The position numbers and the translations under genes are program-made. Below, piece after piece: positions 26,971 to 40,030 of a DNA stretch of 64,000 nucleotides (its first letter is position 1; every line of letters begins with the position of its first letter). Below the pieces are notes generated by a model. It saw only the letters and a list, made by a program, of their open reading frames with translations, had not been told where the DNA came from and ran no database searches. The DNA comes from Podarcis liolepis (Eukaryota): assembly GCA_965112155.1 (NCBI GenBank), contig OZ218112.1; one strand, given 5' to 3'.

Positions 26971-28917
26971 GAAGCTGTTGAAGCCTTGTCTTGTCTGTTC
27001 TCTATGTGTTTCAGGATTAAGATCTGACAACAGGCTGAAGCTTCTGAGCCCTAGCCTAAATTAAGACCTGCAGTACTTTCTGCTCAAGCAGAAGGAGCTG
27101 TCCAAGGTGCTAGAGGTCTTTTTTTAAAAAAAATTAAAATGTTTTAGCTGGAGATGCCAAAGACTGAACAGGGAGCTTCTACATGCAAAGCATGCACTCT
27201 ACCCCTGAGCAATGTCCCTTGACCATCAATTATCAGGCTGCATTCAAGCTAAAACAATAGACAAGCTATCAGACCTTAAGGAATGTTATTAAATGGCTGT
27301 AGCGTTTATATAGAAACTCCAACACTGCCTGTTCTGAGGTTATTTTAAAATGCTGCAACCTTTCCATTTTGATGATGCCCAAACACCTATTAATACTACA
27401 GCTAATTATATAATTAATTATAGTTAAAGTATTTCCCTGATTTTAAGGGGGGGGGGAGTGCCCCAAGTACCTGGAATATCCTAAGTCAGTGGATCCCATC
27501 AAAAAATTCCCTATGAAATGCTTGGAAATTGCTGAGGGTGTTCACAAAGCACTTAATGATTTTGCTCCCTGTTGTTTCAGAATTGCAGTGGTCTTTTTAA
27601 GCTCTCCTCCCCCCTCTTTCTTACTGCTTCCTCCATTCCCATGTATTGAATCTCCACTCCTTTCAAGTGCCTTGACAGCCTCTTTTAGCAGCTTGGGACT
27701 TTTGTCTTCTGAGGATGAGAAGGCAGAGCCTCTTCTCACCCTCCACTACCTCCACAGACCACCTGAAGCTCACTGGTGGTCTATAGGCCCACACTTTGGG
27801 AACCCCTGAGTTAAGTGAGCAAAATGAAGATACTGCTTTTAAAATGAGTGAGGTGTCCCTGAGTTATTTAAACCAGAGAGGATCTAGCAGAGGGAGGGAG
27901 TTTGGAGGGCTTTTGTTCAAATCTGGCAGGTTGCAGACTAAAGTGCCAATTTCATGCTTGAGTTTCTCTCTCTCCCCCCCCCCGCCCCTCCCAAAAAAAC
28001 AACCCTTCTGCATAATGTTTAGCTTCCCAGGCAATCTGCTCAAATAAAGGCTGCATCATGGCTCAACGTCTACACAAATTTTGGCTTTGTGAACTGAGCT
28101 CAGAAATGAAGCAGCAAACAAATAGTGGGTCGCAAATGTAAGCACGTCTCTTTTTGTCCTGCACTTTATTGAAAATAGCTCTTGCTATTCTGTCGCAATC
28201 CCCACCCCCAGAGGCAGCATAGAATGAGGATTTCAAAAGCATCTCCCCCTCCAAAGAACCCAGACAAATGGTACAGCAACGTGTGGAGTCTTCTCAATTA
28301 TGCAGCTATTAGTATTACAGGGAGGGGGAACCTGATGCCTTGTTGGACTTCAGCTCCCATCATCCTTGACCATTGGCCATGCTGGCTAGGGCTGCTGGGA
28401 GTTGGAGTCCCGTAACAGCTGGTGGGCTGTAGGTTTCCCACCCATGTCATTTTGCCTCCTTCTGTCTTACATAATGCCATTTCTAGGAATGGCGGAGTTG
28501 CCAACATACTGAAAAAAGTCTTCCCTGAATCCACATTTGATGCTCCATTGCTCTGCCACCCTTTTCTTAACCTTTCAGTTTTGAATAAGAAGGATGCTCG
28601 TAAAATGCCCCCCTCCTAGAGAAGAAAACAAGAACAAAAACAGAACTGCAGCAGCAGCAGCATACTCTTGCACCCAACAGAGGCTAGTCCATTAGGGTGA
28701 ATGGGGCACTCAACCATCTCCCTGCTTTCTTTCTGACAAGTTCAAGGACTGTCAGCTTTCCACCTCCTTAGTCTCAGTGTCGTCGCTACAGAACTCATAA
28801 GGGAGGAGGATGGAGATGAAAAATTAGTCAGCTCAGCCTGCCAATGGCTCTACGTCCACCATTACATCCACCACTGTTTCCATCTGATGTCCAAAGAGCA
28901 AATGGTAGCAGCAAATG

Positions 28918-28919
<2 letters not shown>

Positions 28920-28970
<51 letters not shown>
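28920..28970. repeat. (TC)n microsatellite
   Basis: Direct reading. Confidence 0.95.
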
Positions 28971-28973
<3 letters not shown>

Positions 28974-29593
28974 ATTCCACAGATAATGTTCTATCTCTGG
29001 TCATCACATACCTAAGCTCTTCAGGCTCTTGCACACTGGTAGAACACATAGCTTGCCATGGGGCATGATGCAGTCATAATTGCTGATCACTTACAATTGG
29101 TCAGTGGGATTCATTCCTGCATAAATGTATACAGGAGTGGAGACTTGCTGTGTCTTCCATGTTGAGGTGTAGACTGTAAGTCCCTCAGGACAGGGACCTG
29201 CTATCTTTTGTTGCTTTATTTTAATAGCACAATAAATGTATTGGTGGTGGTGGTTGAGTAAATGCACTGTCATACTTATTTATTATTAGCATGTTAACAA
29301 CCGCTTTGGCCACACCTTCATGACCTCTTTGCCCTGCTGCCACATAGCCACTACCCCTTTAGATCCAAAGATCTAATGCTTTGCATTCAGAAGGTGGTAG
29401 GTTCCATCACTGGTTTCTGAGGTTAAAAGGAGCAGATAATGATAGGAGGTTTAGTGCTCCTTGAGGGTTCTGCATTGCGGTGTAGAATTCAGTTCCATCT
29501 ACTTTGCAAGTCCATTTCTGCAAATGGCTAACCACAGCATAGAAACGGGGGGCAGAAAAATATCCATGTTAGATAACCAGCATGCAGATCATT

Positions 29594-29754
29594 AGAGAGT
29601 TGCTCTGTGTTTTGCTTCATGCAAGTGGAACTAAAGCATGCAAAATCGATGGGATCTGCAGGTACACTAGGGTTAAACAGTGGGATCAAATGCTGCCATG
29701 GTTATCCTACCCTAAAAATAGCCTTGTAAATGTGATGTCTTCAGTTTGTGCTGG
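29594..29754 (+). repeat. Copy 1 of a diverged ~160-bp direct repeat containing a MEF2-consensus site
   Basis: Colinear with 30621-30778; CTAAAAATAG at 29712-29721. Confidence 0.75.
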
Positions 29755-30620
29755 GATGTTTTTAGAATTCCACCATATTCAGACAGAGAGAGAAGCCCAC
29801 AAAGCCCATTGTTATAGTGCAGTTCTCCAGCCAGGCAATTTGTACCCCAAAAATGCCTATACTAGGGTAAAGCATGCATGAAAATGCATATGAATTAGGG
29901 AAACCTGCTTTGCAAAAAAAGAGTATATTAGGCAAAAGTGTTGCAAAAATATATATATTAGGAGAAATTCATATTGACATGCTGATAAATTTTCATAAGG
30001 ATTTCAGAAACTGATGTTAAAATATGAAAGCCTAAATTTAAAACTTGAGAAGCTGAGTGAAGTCAAAACTGGCAGATTCACACATTCCTAGGCTCAGCCT
30101 ATCTGGACCTATTCCTACTTCTTCCCATGTCATCCTTAGCAAATATTCCTCTCTGTTCCAGTACAAGCAACTGCAGCACAGAGGAGAGAGATCTTCTGTG
30201 CATTCTAAATAATGTACTGTCCTTCACTGCACTGTCAAAAGGACAATCCACTCTGCTGAGAAATTCCCTGTACTGGAAAGACTAAAATAAAATAAAAATG
30301 ATTAGTGTCCTTAAAAAAAATAATCCTCTGAAATAAATATTACAGTGTTAAGTGAATAAAAATGGAAAGCATTTCCAAGGAGCAATAATTATTAAGGAGA
30401 TGAGCCTGTTGAGGCCAGAATTTATTTAAAGAATATTTTATTGCTGTTTGCTCCATCACGACTTACCAAAACTGCTTATTTAATAACCTGTTTATGAGCT
30501 TCCCGTTCTGACCACATGTCAAATGGAGATGAAAAATGCATTGATGCTGTTGGGCAGCAGGGAGAGGGGAGGGAGGGTTTTACCTGAATTACATGGAAGC
30601 AGTAGGGAAGGGCAGCAGAC

Positions 30621-30778
30621 AGAGAGTTGCTCCGCATTTTTCTTCATGCAAACAGCACTAAAGCATATGTAGAATTGATGGGAATTTTGTGTACAGTGCA
30701 AGGGAGAGATCAAATACCACAATGGTTATACTGCCTTAAAAATAGCCTTGTAAATATGCCGTCTTTAGTACCTGCTGG
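30621..30778 (+). repeat. Copy 2 of the diverged ~160-bp direct repeat
   Basis: Shares agagagttgct, cttcatgcaa, actaaagcat, gatcaaat, atggttat and taaaaatagccttgtaaat; TTAAAAATAG at 30736-30745. Confidence 0.75.
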
Positions 30779-32614
30779 CTTTTCCCCATGTTCTTCACAT
30801 TCTAAACTTAAAAGTCCATTTGCTTTTTATTTGCATGCATGCATTCTGATCAGCATCTAAGTAAGCCAGATGTGTTCCCTGCAGCAATCACAGTCTTCTA
30901 TTTATACTTTATATTATAAAACAACCATCTGAGAGAATCCTCTTCCTTACAGTTTGGTATGTATGCGTGGTAGATGAGGCCCAAATATTGTTGCCAGATC
31001 TAAAGAGGTTTGCAGTGCAATCCCATGCAGGTCTACTTAGAGGTAATTCCTGTTGAGTTAAAAGGGACGTATCCCTAGGTAGGTAAGGTTGTCTGGCTAG
31101 TTGAAGTTGGCAGTTCCAAACATTTGAAGGCCACCAGATTCAGGAAGGCTATTGTGTAAGACTGCACCTTAAGGAGAGAAAGGGGCAAGGAACAGGGTAG
31201 GCAACTCAGGCAGAAGAACCACTCACCCACAGTGCCTCCATGGTTCAAGCTCAGCTTGCTTTTGCTCAGATCCATGGAGCTACCCAAGAGCTTCTTCCTA
31301 CTTGGGTCCATTGTTAGAAGCAAGACTTTTACTCTGCTGTGCGTATTCAGAAACACCCCTCGTTGTAGAATTATAAGACCATCAACCATTTCTACAAATA
31401 ATTTTTGAGTGCTTCAACTGTAAATTCTCAGGACCAAGCCTGGACTCTTGAGCATACATAACATGCATTCTTACCATTAAACTATTGCCATTGGATGACA
31501 AAGAGGCATGGGTTGCAAAAGTTGCAGATGATAGTGCTTACTCGCCTCCAACACATGAACACTTAAACGTTTTCCCCCACTCTATTTGCCCATGTTTATT
31601 TGTTTACAATGTTGAAAAATCCTCTTTCTTTCATGTATACTTTTAGCAAAAGATCTAACAGTTCTCTTCAATCTTGGAGAAGAACCAAATGAAGTATTCT
31701 ATGTGCTTTTATATCTTCATTTCAGCTACTGAGGCTGCTCTTAACATTTTTATCTTCATTTAAAGTGTGTTCTTTATTTCTTCAGTGTGTCTGGTGGTGA
31801 TCGACTCTTTATCCAAATGCACCTGCCCTTTTCTTAATATCCACATGCCCTTTTTGCTTTGTACTCATTCACAGTGTGTAACCACTCCAGAATAAAACCT
31901 CTTCTTACCAGTTTTATATTTTTGCATCTGTGTTTCATGAGGATGAGAAAAGATGTGTTTTAGTTTCTCTTTCCTAAGGTATTCTTTTGATTCTATGTCA
32001 ATGAGCTATTGTGGATAATATTTTTTCCCTTCTAAAATTATTTTAGCAGACTTCAGAGATTCTAAATATTATGATTTGTGGAAATAATGAATGCTCTGGG
32101 ATCTGGTACTTGGGAATGCAGCATCGTATATTTACTGCAAAGGTTGTAGTCTCTATCCCTTGCAATTATTCCTCCATGAATCTTGGGCAGTTAAATATAT
32201 CATTACTAGGAAATGGTTGGTTTCCAAGTACAATGAAGATTATAGCTGTAAAGGGTGTTTCAGATGGCACAAAACAGATTTTCAAAAACAGATGCATAGA
32301 ATGAGGTCTTCATAGATATCAAATGCTAAGGGCTCATAAGTTCCAATTGTATGTTTTGAAACATAAAATTGTGTTGTTGTTGTTTTGCTTTTTTAAGTGT
32401 AAAATTAGCAATAGAAGAATTCTAGTGACCCAAGTTTATGAGTCTCTCCATTCTAAATCTGGATTTTCTTCTTGGCCTGAAAGCAAAGCAAACAGCAATC
32501 ATCTTTGCAACTTGCCTTGTTAGTGAAGATGATTGTGACTTGCTTGCTATATAAGCATCACTGAAACTTCTTCATGTTTCTCATGCACTGTCATCCATCC
32601 TTGCCCATCCCTGA

Positions 32615-33109
<495 letters not shown>

Positions 33110-33909
33110 TAACCTACCTCACAGATTTGTGTACCCCTGCATACCCCCAGAATAAAAGGCACTGGGTATACATAAAATAATAATAAAAATTAAATAAATA
33201 ATTCTTACACACTTTGGCACAATTTGATTAGGCGAAAATTGTTTCACAAAATTTGGAGAAAACCTGGGTGATGTTCTGATCTATTGATTAGTCCAGGAGC
33301 TTGGTTTACTGAAAAGCATGGACCAAACAAAAACAAAAGCTACCCTCTATTCCTACTCTATACTGATTTAGAGTTCTGCTGCCTCTTTATATAAGGCCAA
33401 AGTGACAATTTGGGTACCACCATCAAGAAGCAAAGAGTTGAGTTTTGATAGAGTGAAGCTTTTCAGCTTTGGGGTTTCTTGTGGGCTTATAAAGTCTGTG
33501 CAAAGCTGATAAAAAAAGCCTTTGGCTGGGGGCTAAAATGACCTGCACATCACTCTTTTATCTTGGGGGGGTGCTGTATTCTACTCTGCACAGCAGTTTT
33601 ATCATCCACGAGTCAGTGGTGGTAGGCGTGGCCAGAGGCAAAAGTTGTTGGAGCAGTAACAGTAAATTTTACTTTTGCAGAGTAGGCTAGTTTCTACCTG
33701 TAGTCACATGCCCTTCTATATCCATCATCCAGGCAAAAACATTTGAGGAGAATGCAAAGCAGGACTGGTGAGAGGTGTGTGGCCTGAGGAGTCACAAGAC
33801 CACATTTTGCTCCGAGGCCTGAGATTTCCCATCCATGGTATAGGGTGGGGAGCAGGGAGGAATAACCCTTGCTTTGTATGCACTTTTAGCACAGTTTATG
33901 TTAAATTTT

Positions 33910-34256
33910 GGGACGCGGGTGGAGCTGTGGGTTAAACCACAGAGCCTAGGACTTGCCGATCAGAAGGTCGTGATTTGAATCCCCATGATGGGATGAGCTC
34001 CTGTTGCTCGATCCCTGCTCCTGCCCACCTAGCAGTTCGAAAGCACATCAAAGTGCAAGTAGATAAATAGGTATCGCTCCAGCGGGAAGGTAAACGGCAT
34101 TTCTGTGTGCTGCTTTGGTTCAACAGAAGCAGCTTAGTCATGCTGGCCACATGACCTGGAAGCTGTACGCCGGCTCCTTCGGCCAATAAAGCGAGATGAG
34201 CGCCACAGCCCCAGAATCGGTCATGACTGGACCTAATGGTCAGGAGTCCCTTTACC
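33910..34256 (+). mobile_element. Sauria SINE, full length
   Basis: gggacgcgggtgg head, conserved core, (ACCTTT)n tail; 14-bp TSD TTTATGTTAAATTT at 33895-908 and 34257-270. Confidence 0.92.
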
Positions 34257-35553
34257 TTTATGTTAAATTTAGCAAAGCTCTTGAGGAACTAAAAGACATC
34301 TCAAAGCCAGGTTCTGTAAAACAAATTGCTGAGATATACACTCATACAAATATAAAGTTCACTGCAGTGCTTTTTCCCAACCTTTTGCTAAAAATGAGGT
34401 GCTAGTACTCATATCTTGATAACAATGATTGAAAGAAAGACAAGGGTACAGTATACCACTGGGCACCATCACACACAAAAAATATACTGCTCTTATCTAA
34501 TCCAAGACAGTATGGCGAGCTCCAAAATTAGTTGCTGCTTGGAAACCGCAGGCTAGGTATTCAAATAGCTTTGACTACCCACAGATTTCAGATAGGGGAA
34601 AAACTGGCTTGGAGCTCCTCCGCTTTTTCTTTTAGCTGGGGAAGAGAACTTGGTCTGATTTTGTAAATATCTATAAAAATATAATTGCCTTACAGTTTCA
34701 CCAAAAAAAGCGAAGACAGTTTGTGTTTTGGGCAGATACAACCGCAGTCAGAACATCTGTTTCATCTTTTTTGTGCTGTTAATGCCCTGTGAGGATATCT
34801 TTCCCAGACTAAGAAATTAAAGAAGTGTTGTAATTACTGCCCGAGGTCTTTAAATCCATAAAATGTAATAGAGATGCTTAGGCCCCAATACACACACACA
34901 CACATTCATATGCACAGCTCAGTTGCTAGCAGTTGTTTGGGAAGCGTGCCCTGATTCACTTTGTAATATAGGCCTATCAGCACATCCTCATGCACAGGTG
35001 GGTGGCAGTGGACATGGCTCACAGGTAATGCACATGCTTTCTATGCAAATGGTTCCAGGTTCAACCTCCAGGAAAACATCTGTTAAAAGGTTTAGGTGGT
35101 AGGTGATGGGAAAAGCCTCTGCCTTAGACTCAGAAGAATCACTGTCACAGTACACAAAACTGGACTAGATATGATATAAGACAACTTCCTATTTTCCTAG
35201 TGGTGTGTATTTTAATTGACCTGTAGCTGTAGACCTGTAGACTGACTACAGCAGAGAGTGTGCTGTCATCTAAAACTGTACTCTCTGAGTCAAGGAAGGC
35301 AGAAATCTTGCTCCACCTAAACTTTGCTCTGCTACTAGGGTATGCCAGTGGCAGAACAGAGGGAGCTACGTACAGTCTTGCTCCATGGTTGATGAATGAC
35401 CAACGGATGCCACAATGGACCCCCCAACCCATGCAAACCTCTTTGTCTCTACCATGTCCCACCTTGAAAATGCCCTTGCACAGTGTAACTTTTGCAGAAG
35501 GTCCATAGCACATGTTCTGCATGCAGAAAGTCCCAGTTGTGACCACTGGTATC

Positions 35554-36170
35554 TAGGGTTGCCAACTTTGGTCGGGCAAAAAAGGGAAAGATCAGGCAAA
35601 ATAAAGGACAGATTAGGGGGGGACTGGGGGGAGAGGCACACACATTCTCATGACACCCAATTCCTGCCTCCCGGCTTCCTCACCAGCCTGGTCCCGCTCT
35701 TCCCCTCGACTCATGTAGACGGACAGGGTCCAAGGGTAGATAGCCAGCTCCGATAGGCAATTTGAGCTGCAGCTCCTAACTCTCTCCTTTGCTGGCATTG
35801 GAAGATACTCGAGTGGGAAGGAGGAGGAGGGATGAGGGAGGAGAAGTCAGGTCAGGGTGGTGGAAGGGGCCAAGCAGTGGCAGACCCACACCATGCTAGA
35901 CCAATGGGCAGCAGCTGGCTGAGGAGGAGAACCAGTGAGAGGGAAGGAAGGAGGGAAGGAGGGGGAGGAGGTCACTCCTTACCCCTTCTCTCTTGTGCTG
36001 CACCAGGCTCCTCATCAGCTGCACCAACAGTGATGCAACTGCCATTTTGGGCCAGCCAAGCTCAAATATAGGGGGGAAAGACACCCCATTTTAAGTCCAA
36101 ATGGGACAGGGGACACTTTTGTTAAAAAGCATGGTGATCCCATTTTTCTAGGGACAAGGTGGCAACCCTA
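35554..36170. mobile_element. hAT (Blackjack-like) non-autonomous element, 617 bp, inside a tRNA-SINE
   Basis: TIRs TAGGGTTGCCA / TGGCAACCCTA; perfect TSD CTGGTATC (35546-53, 36171-78). Confidence 0.88.
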
Positions 36171-37692
36171 CTGGTATCCCCAGTTACAAGGTTCAGGTAA
36201 TGGGCAATGTCTCTGCTAGAGACTCCAGCATGGTATGGTAAGTCAAGAATAGATGGTGCTAAGTTAAATGGAGATATAGTTTGTACTGGTATAAAGGCTT
36301 CTGTGTTCCACACATTCAAATGTGCATTGCAGCATAGATGTATCTCTGGTTCTGGTACCTAGGTCCTTCTGCTAGTGATGCCTAGGATAATGTCTCCATG
36401 AAATCTCAAAGCCTGTAGAATCCGCCAGGCATGGTATGAGAGAGGTGTCAGCTCAGGTCTTTCCGATGAGCAATCTAAACTGGCCCACCCAGAACTCTTG
36501 GCTCCCCATGAGAGATTTGAGAACACAGAGGGCGCAATCTAAGGCTGCTCAAGTCCTAGAACTGAAGAACACCAGCTTGGTAGAGGTTTGTTCTAAGACC
36601 ATGTGGAAGTCAGTAGAATTTCCAAGGGTTTTTTGTTTTGGTTTGTTTTGGGGTTGTTGTTGTTGTGTTTTTTTTAACTTTCCATCTACTTTTATTGTTT
36701 CTGGGGGAAACCAGAGCAAGCTGGAGTTGCAGGACAAGTGCATTACCTTTTGGAGCTGGAGACCCTAAATCCCATCTTCTTGAGAGTTGTAATTGTATTT
36801 GACAGCATCTGAAACATTTGGCAGTTTGGGTAGCCTGCCTAATCTATTGTGATGGGTCTTCAAATAAGGGAGCATCGCAAGAGCCTCCCCAGTAATTGTG
36901 GTGAGTGATTGCTTGTATCAGATGGTTCAGTAAAAGACCTCATATACGTCACTGCCAAAATCCCACTGAAAATTGGGGAGGGCGGGCAAGGAGAGGAATC
37001 TGGAACTGTCATACTTTTTAATAATTTGTTCTGTCAAATCTTTGCTTGCTCGGGGCACTACTGGGAGACGGTACTGAGCAATTTTCTGTCGGTTCTTGAA
37101 ATACATTATCATTTAAATACAATCTCTCTCTCAGTGTGTAAACATTATTAGCTTACTAGGCTGTTGTTAGAATGGGGTGATCGGTGAGAAATCGCAGGCT
37201 GTTGAGCTGTTTCCTCCTTGGCTTGACTATTGAGTTGCTGGGAAAGACAGATAGAAAGCATTAAACTCTGGATTTACCAGTGGAATGGCAAGTAGCATAT
37301 TACAGGTGTTTGCAAAATAAGAATGTGTCTTTGTAGAGGGGTATATTATATTGTAAGCTCCTTGGAAGGCAGGGACTTATTTTGCTCATGTTCTGTAAAG
37401 AGCTCCAGCACTGTGATCTATGTCCTTAACACTGTGTCACACTTTGGGGTGATCAAAATTCGAAACACAGGATGCAAACTTGATTTCAGCATGGCTAGGA
37501 TCACTAAGGATGAAGAGCAAGCTTAAATAGTCTGCTGTAACTGAGTCCATAGGATATACCCAGGTTTAGTTGTACCTAGAGTGGATCCACTGGAGATACT
37601 GCTACTTAAAACTGAGTTATGGTTTCAGTGGGACTACTCTAAGCATTATAAGGTCTCTCACTACAACCCTTTATTTTCTCCCTTTAATGAAT

Positions 37693-37697
<5 letters not shown>

Positions 37698-37739
<42 letters not shown>
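37698..37739. repeat. (TA)n microsatellite, left flank of Penelope
   Basis: Direct reading. Confidence 0.95.
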
Positions 37740-37741
<2 letters not shown>

Positions 37742-37821
37742 TTTCGTAGATTTTCACGGGTACAGGAATGCAGGTTTTGGTGTCTTCGGGTGTCTTCCCG
37801 TGTAAGAGTTGGGGTGTCTAG

Positions 37822-37861
37822 GCGACGTTTCGACGAGGTCTCACTCGTCATCTTCAGGCTG
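37822..37861 (-). ncRNA. Minimal hammerhead ribozyme-like motif, mirror copy in left Penelope arm
   Basis: gcgacgtttcgacgaggtctcactcgtcatcttcaggctg is the exact reverse complement of 40031-40070. Confidence 0.65.
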
Positions 37862-38094
37862 GTGCTTTCGGCTTCTTGTTACTGGAACAGAGCAGGATCT
37901 CAGTGTTTGAGTTCCTATAAATACTGTTGAGGGGGTGTGGTGTATAGCCTCCAACGTTCTGGGCAGAGAGGAAGTTCCCAGGTTAGTGTGCCTTTTCTTC
38001 TTTTGTTCCTTAATTACTTGAGGGATATCTTGAGTGATTTCTTGAGTGATATTCTGAGTACCACTTAGGTGGGTCATTAGGTGTGGATTAGTTG

Positions 38095-38783
38095 CTAAAG
38101 CTTTCGTGTCTTGACCTCTTGAGCTTGTGAAGAGTTTTTCTGAGAAGATGGCTGTACTGCACTTAGTTGTGCTCTGGCTTGGCTTCGTGTATAGGGGCGA
38201 GCTGTGGTTTTGTGCCCTGTGCCAGCCAGATCTGTGTAGGTATTGCAGGGGGGTGCAGCATCCGGAGGTGCCACTATGGTTTGGCTACTGGATGGTGTCT
38301 GTAATTTATCTGTGGAGAGGGTCTGGGTTTGGGTCTGGTGTGGTTGATTGGTGATGGCGTTCTGTGTGCCTCTGGTTCTGGTGTCGGTTTTTGTGGGGAG
38401 GGCTAATTTCCAGATGTCTGGCAGGCGGGACGTGTCGTCACGCTTGTTCATGTTGTGAGGGTGTTTCTCTATCTCGATGGCTTCCATGATTATTCTCTTG
38501 TGGTGATGTTCCATGTTAAAGAGCAATTTGGAATCTGCAAAATTAATTTCGTGTCCTGTTTCTTTCATGTGTTGGAAAAGAGAGGAAGTTTTTTCTTCTT
38601 TTTTGACGGCATTCTTGTGTTCTGCGATACGTGCATTTATTCGTCTGTTTGTTTGTCCAATGTACGTGGCTGGGCAGACTTTGCAGGGTATTTCATAGAC
38701 CCCTTGGTTTTCCAACTGGATTTTATCTTTGGGGTTTCTGAGGATATTGGCTATTTTTTGGTTGGTGCAAAAGGCTGTTTTGA
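38095..38783 (-). pseudogene. Inverted duplicate of the Penelope GIY-YIG endonuclease coding region
   Basis: ORF 38095..38853(-) is identical to the + copy from KTAFCTNQK onward except CNTY vs CNPY; its N-terminal part is antisense spacer sequence. Confidence 0.88.
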
Positions 38784-39797
38784 CACACCATCTACCGGAA
38801 AAAAACACACACCAACCGCTACTTACATGCACAATCACACCACCACCCTGCACAAATAAACTCCGTAGCCAAGACTCTCATCTCCAGAACCAAACGCCTG
38901 GCTGACAAAGACCACTTGACAACTGAGTTACAGAATCTCTCAAATGTGTTAATCGCCAATGGATACCAGCAAAACAGGGTTACGAAGCTAATCCAAAAAG
39001 AAACACCCCCCAAAAACCAAGACACAGAAGAAAACAATGGCATGGCCCTCCTTCCTTATATCAAGGGCACTACAGATAAAATTAGCAAAATCCTCCATAA
39101 ACACAATATCAAAACAGCCTTTTGCACCAACCAAAAAATAGCCAATATCCTCAGAAACCCCAAAGATAAAATCCAGTTGGAAAACCAAGGGGTCTATGAA
39201 ATACCCTGCAAAGTCTGCCCAGCCACGTACATTGGACAAACAAACAGACGAATAAATGCACGTATCGCAGAACACAAGAATGCCGTCAAAAAAGAAGAAA
39301 AAACTTCCTCTCTTTTCCAACACATGAAAGAAACAGGACACGAAATTAATTTTGCAGATTCCAAATTGCTCTTTAACATGGAACATCACCACAAGAGAAT
39401 AATCATGGAAGCCATCGAGATAGAGAAACACCCTCACAACATGAACAAGCGTGACGACACGTCCCGCCTGCCAGACATCTGGAAATTAGCCCTCCCCACA
39501 AAAACCGACACCAGAACCAGAGGCACACAGAACGCCATCACCAATCAACCACACCAGACCCAAACCCAGACCCTCTCCACAGATAAATTACAGACACCAT
39601 CCAGTAGCCAAACCATAGTGGCACCTCCGGATGCTGCACCCCCCTGCAATCCCTACACAGATCTGGCTGGCACAGGGCACAAAACCACAGCTCGCCCCTA
39701 TACACGAAGCCAAGCCAGAGCACAACTAAGTGCAGTACAGCCATCTTCTCAGAAAAACTCTTCACAAGCTCAAGAGGTCAAGACACGAAAGCTTTAG
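38784..39797 (+). CDS. 5'-truncated Penelope-like polyprotein: RT thumb, linker, GIY-YIG endonuclease, low-complexity C-terminal tail
   Basis: Frame is open from 38784 (HTIYRKKTHTNRYLHAQSHHHP, PLE RT thumb motif YRK.T.T..YL...S.HP) through LPYIKG, GVYEIPCKVCPATYIGQTNRRINARIAEH and RIIMEAIEI..H...MN to the stop at 39797. No Cys-rich linker, so Penelope/Poseidon rather than Neptune. RT palm absent. Confidence 0.9.
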   Translation, partial: HTIYRKKTHTNRYLHAQSHHHPAQINSVAKTLISRTKRLADKDHLTTELQNLSNVLIANGYQQNRVTKLIQKETPPKNQDTEENNGMALLPYIKGTTDKISKILHKHNIKTAFCTNQKIANILRNPKDKIQLENQGVYEIPCKVCPATYIGQTNRRINARIAEHKNAVKKEEKTSSLFQHMKETGHEINFADSKLLFNMEHHHKRIIMEAIEIEKHPHNMNKRDDTSRLPDIWKLALPTKTDTRTRGTQNAITNQPHQTQTQTLSTDKLQTPSSSQTIVAPPDAAPPCNPYTDLAGTGHKTTARPYTRSQARAQLSAVQPSSQKNSSQAQEVKTRKL

Positions 39798-40030
39798 CAA
39801 CTAATCCACACTTAATGACCCACCTAAGTGGTACTCAGAATATCACTCAAGATATCACTCAAGATATCCCTCAAGTAATTAAGGAACAAAAGAAGAAAAG
39901 GCACACTAACCTGGGAACTTCCTCTCTGCCCAGAACGTTGGAGGCTATACACCACACCCCCTCAACAGTATTTATAGGAACTCAAACACTGAGATCCTGC
40001 TCTGTTCCAGTAACAAGAAGCCGAAAGCAC

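Noticed and set aside
38455-39437. Paired identical ORFs on both strands (134/149 aa, 61 aa and others)
   Set aside because: Antisense or alternative frames of the Penelope palindrome.
39838-39875. Three 12-bp repeats (gatatcactcaa), considered as a CRISPR-like or regulatory array
   Set aside because: No spacers; a short tandem repeat in the PLE 3' region. No CRISPR array anywhere in this eukaryotic window.
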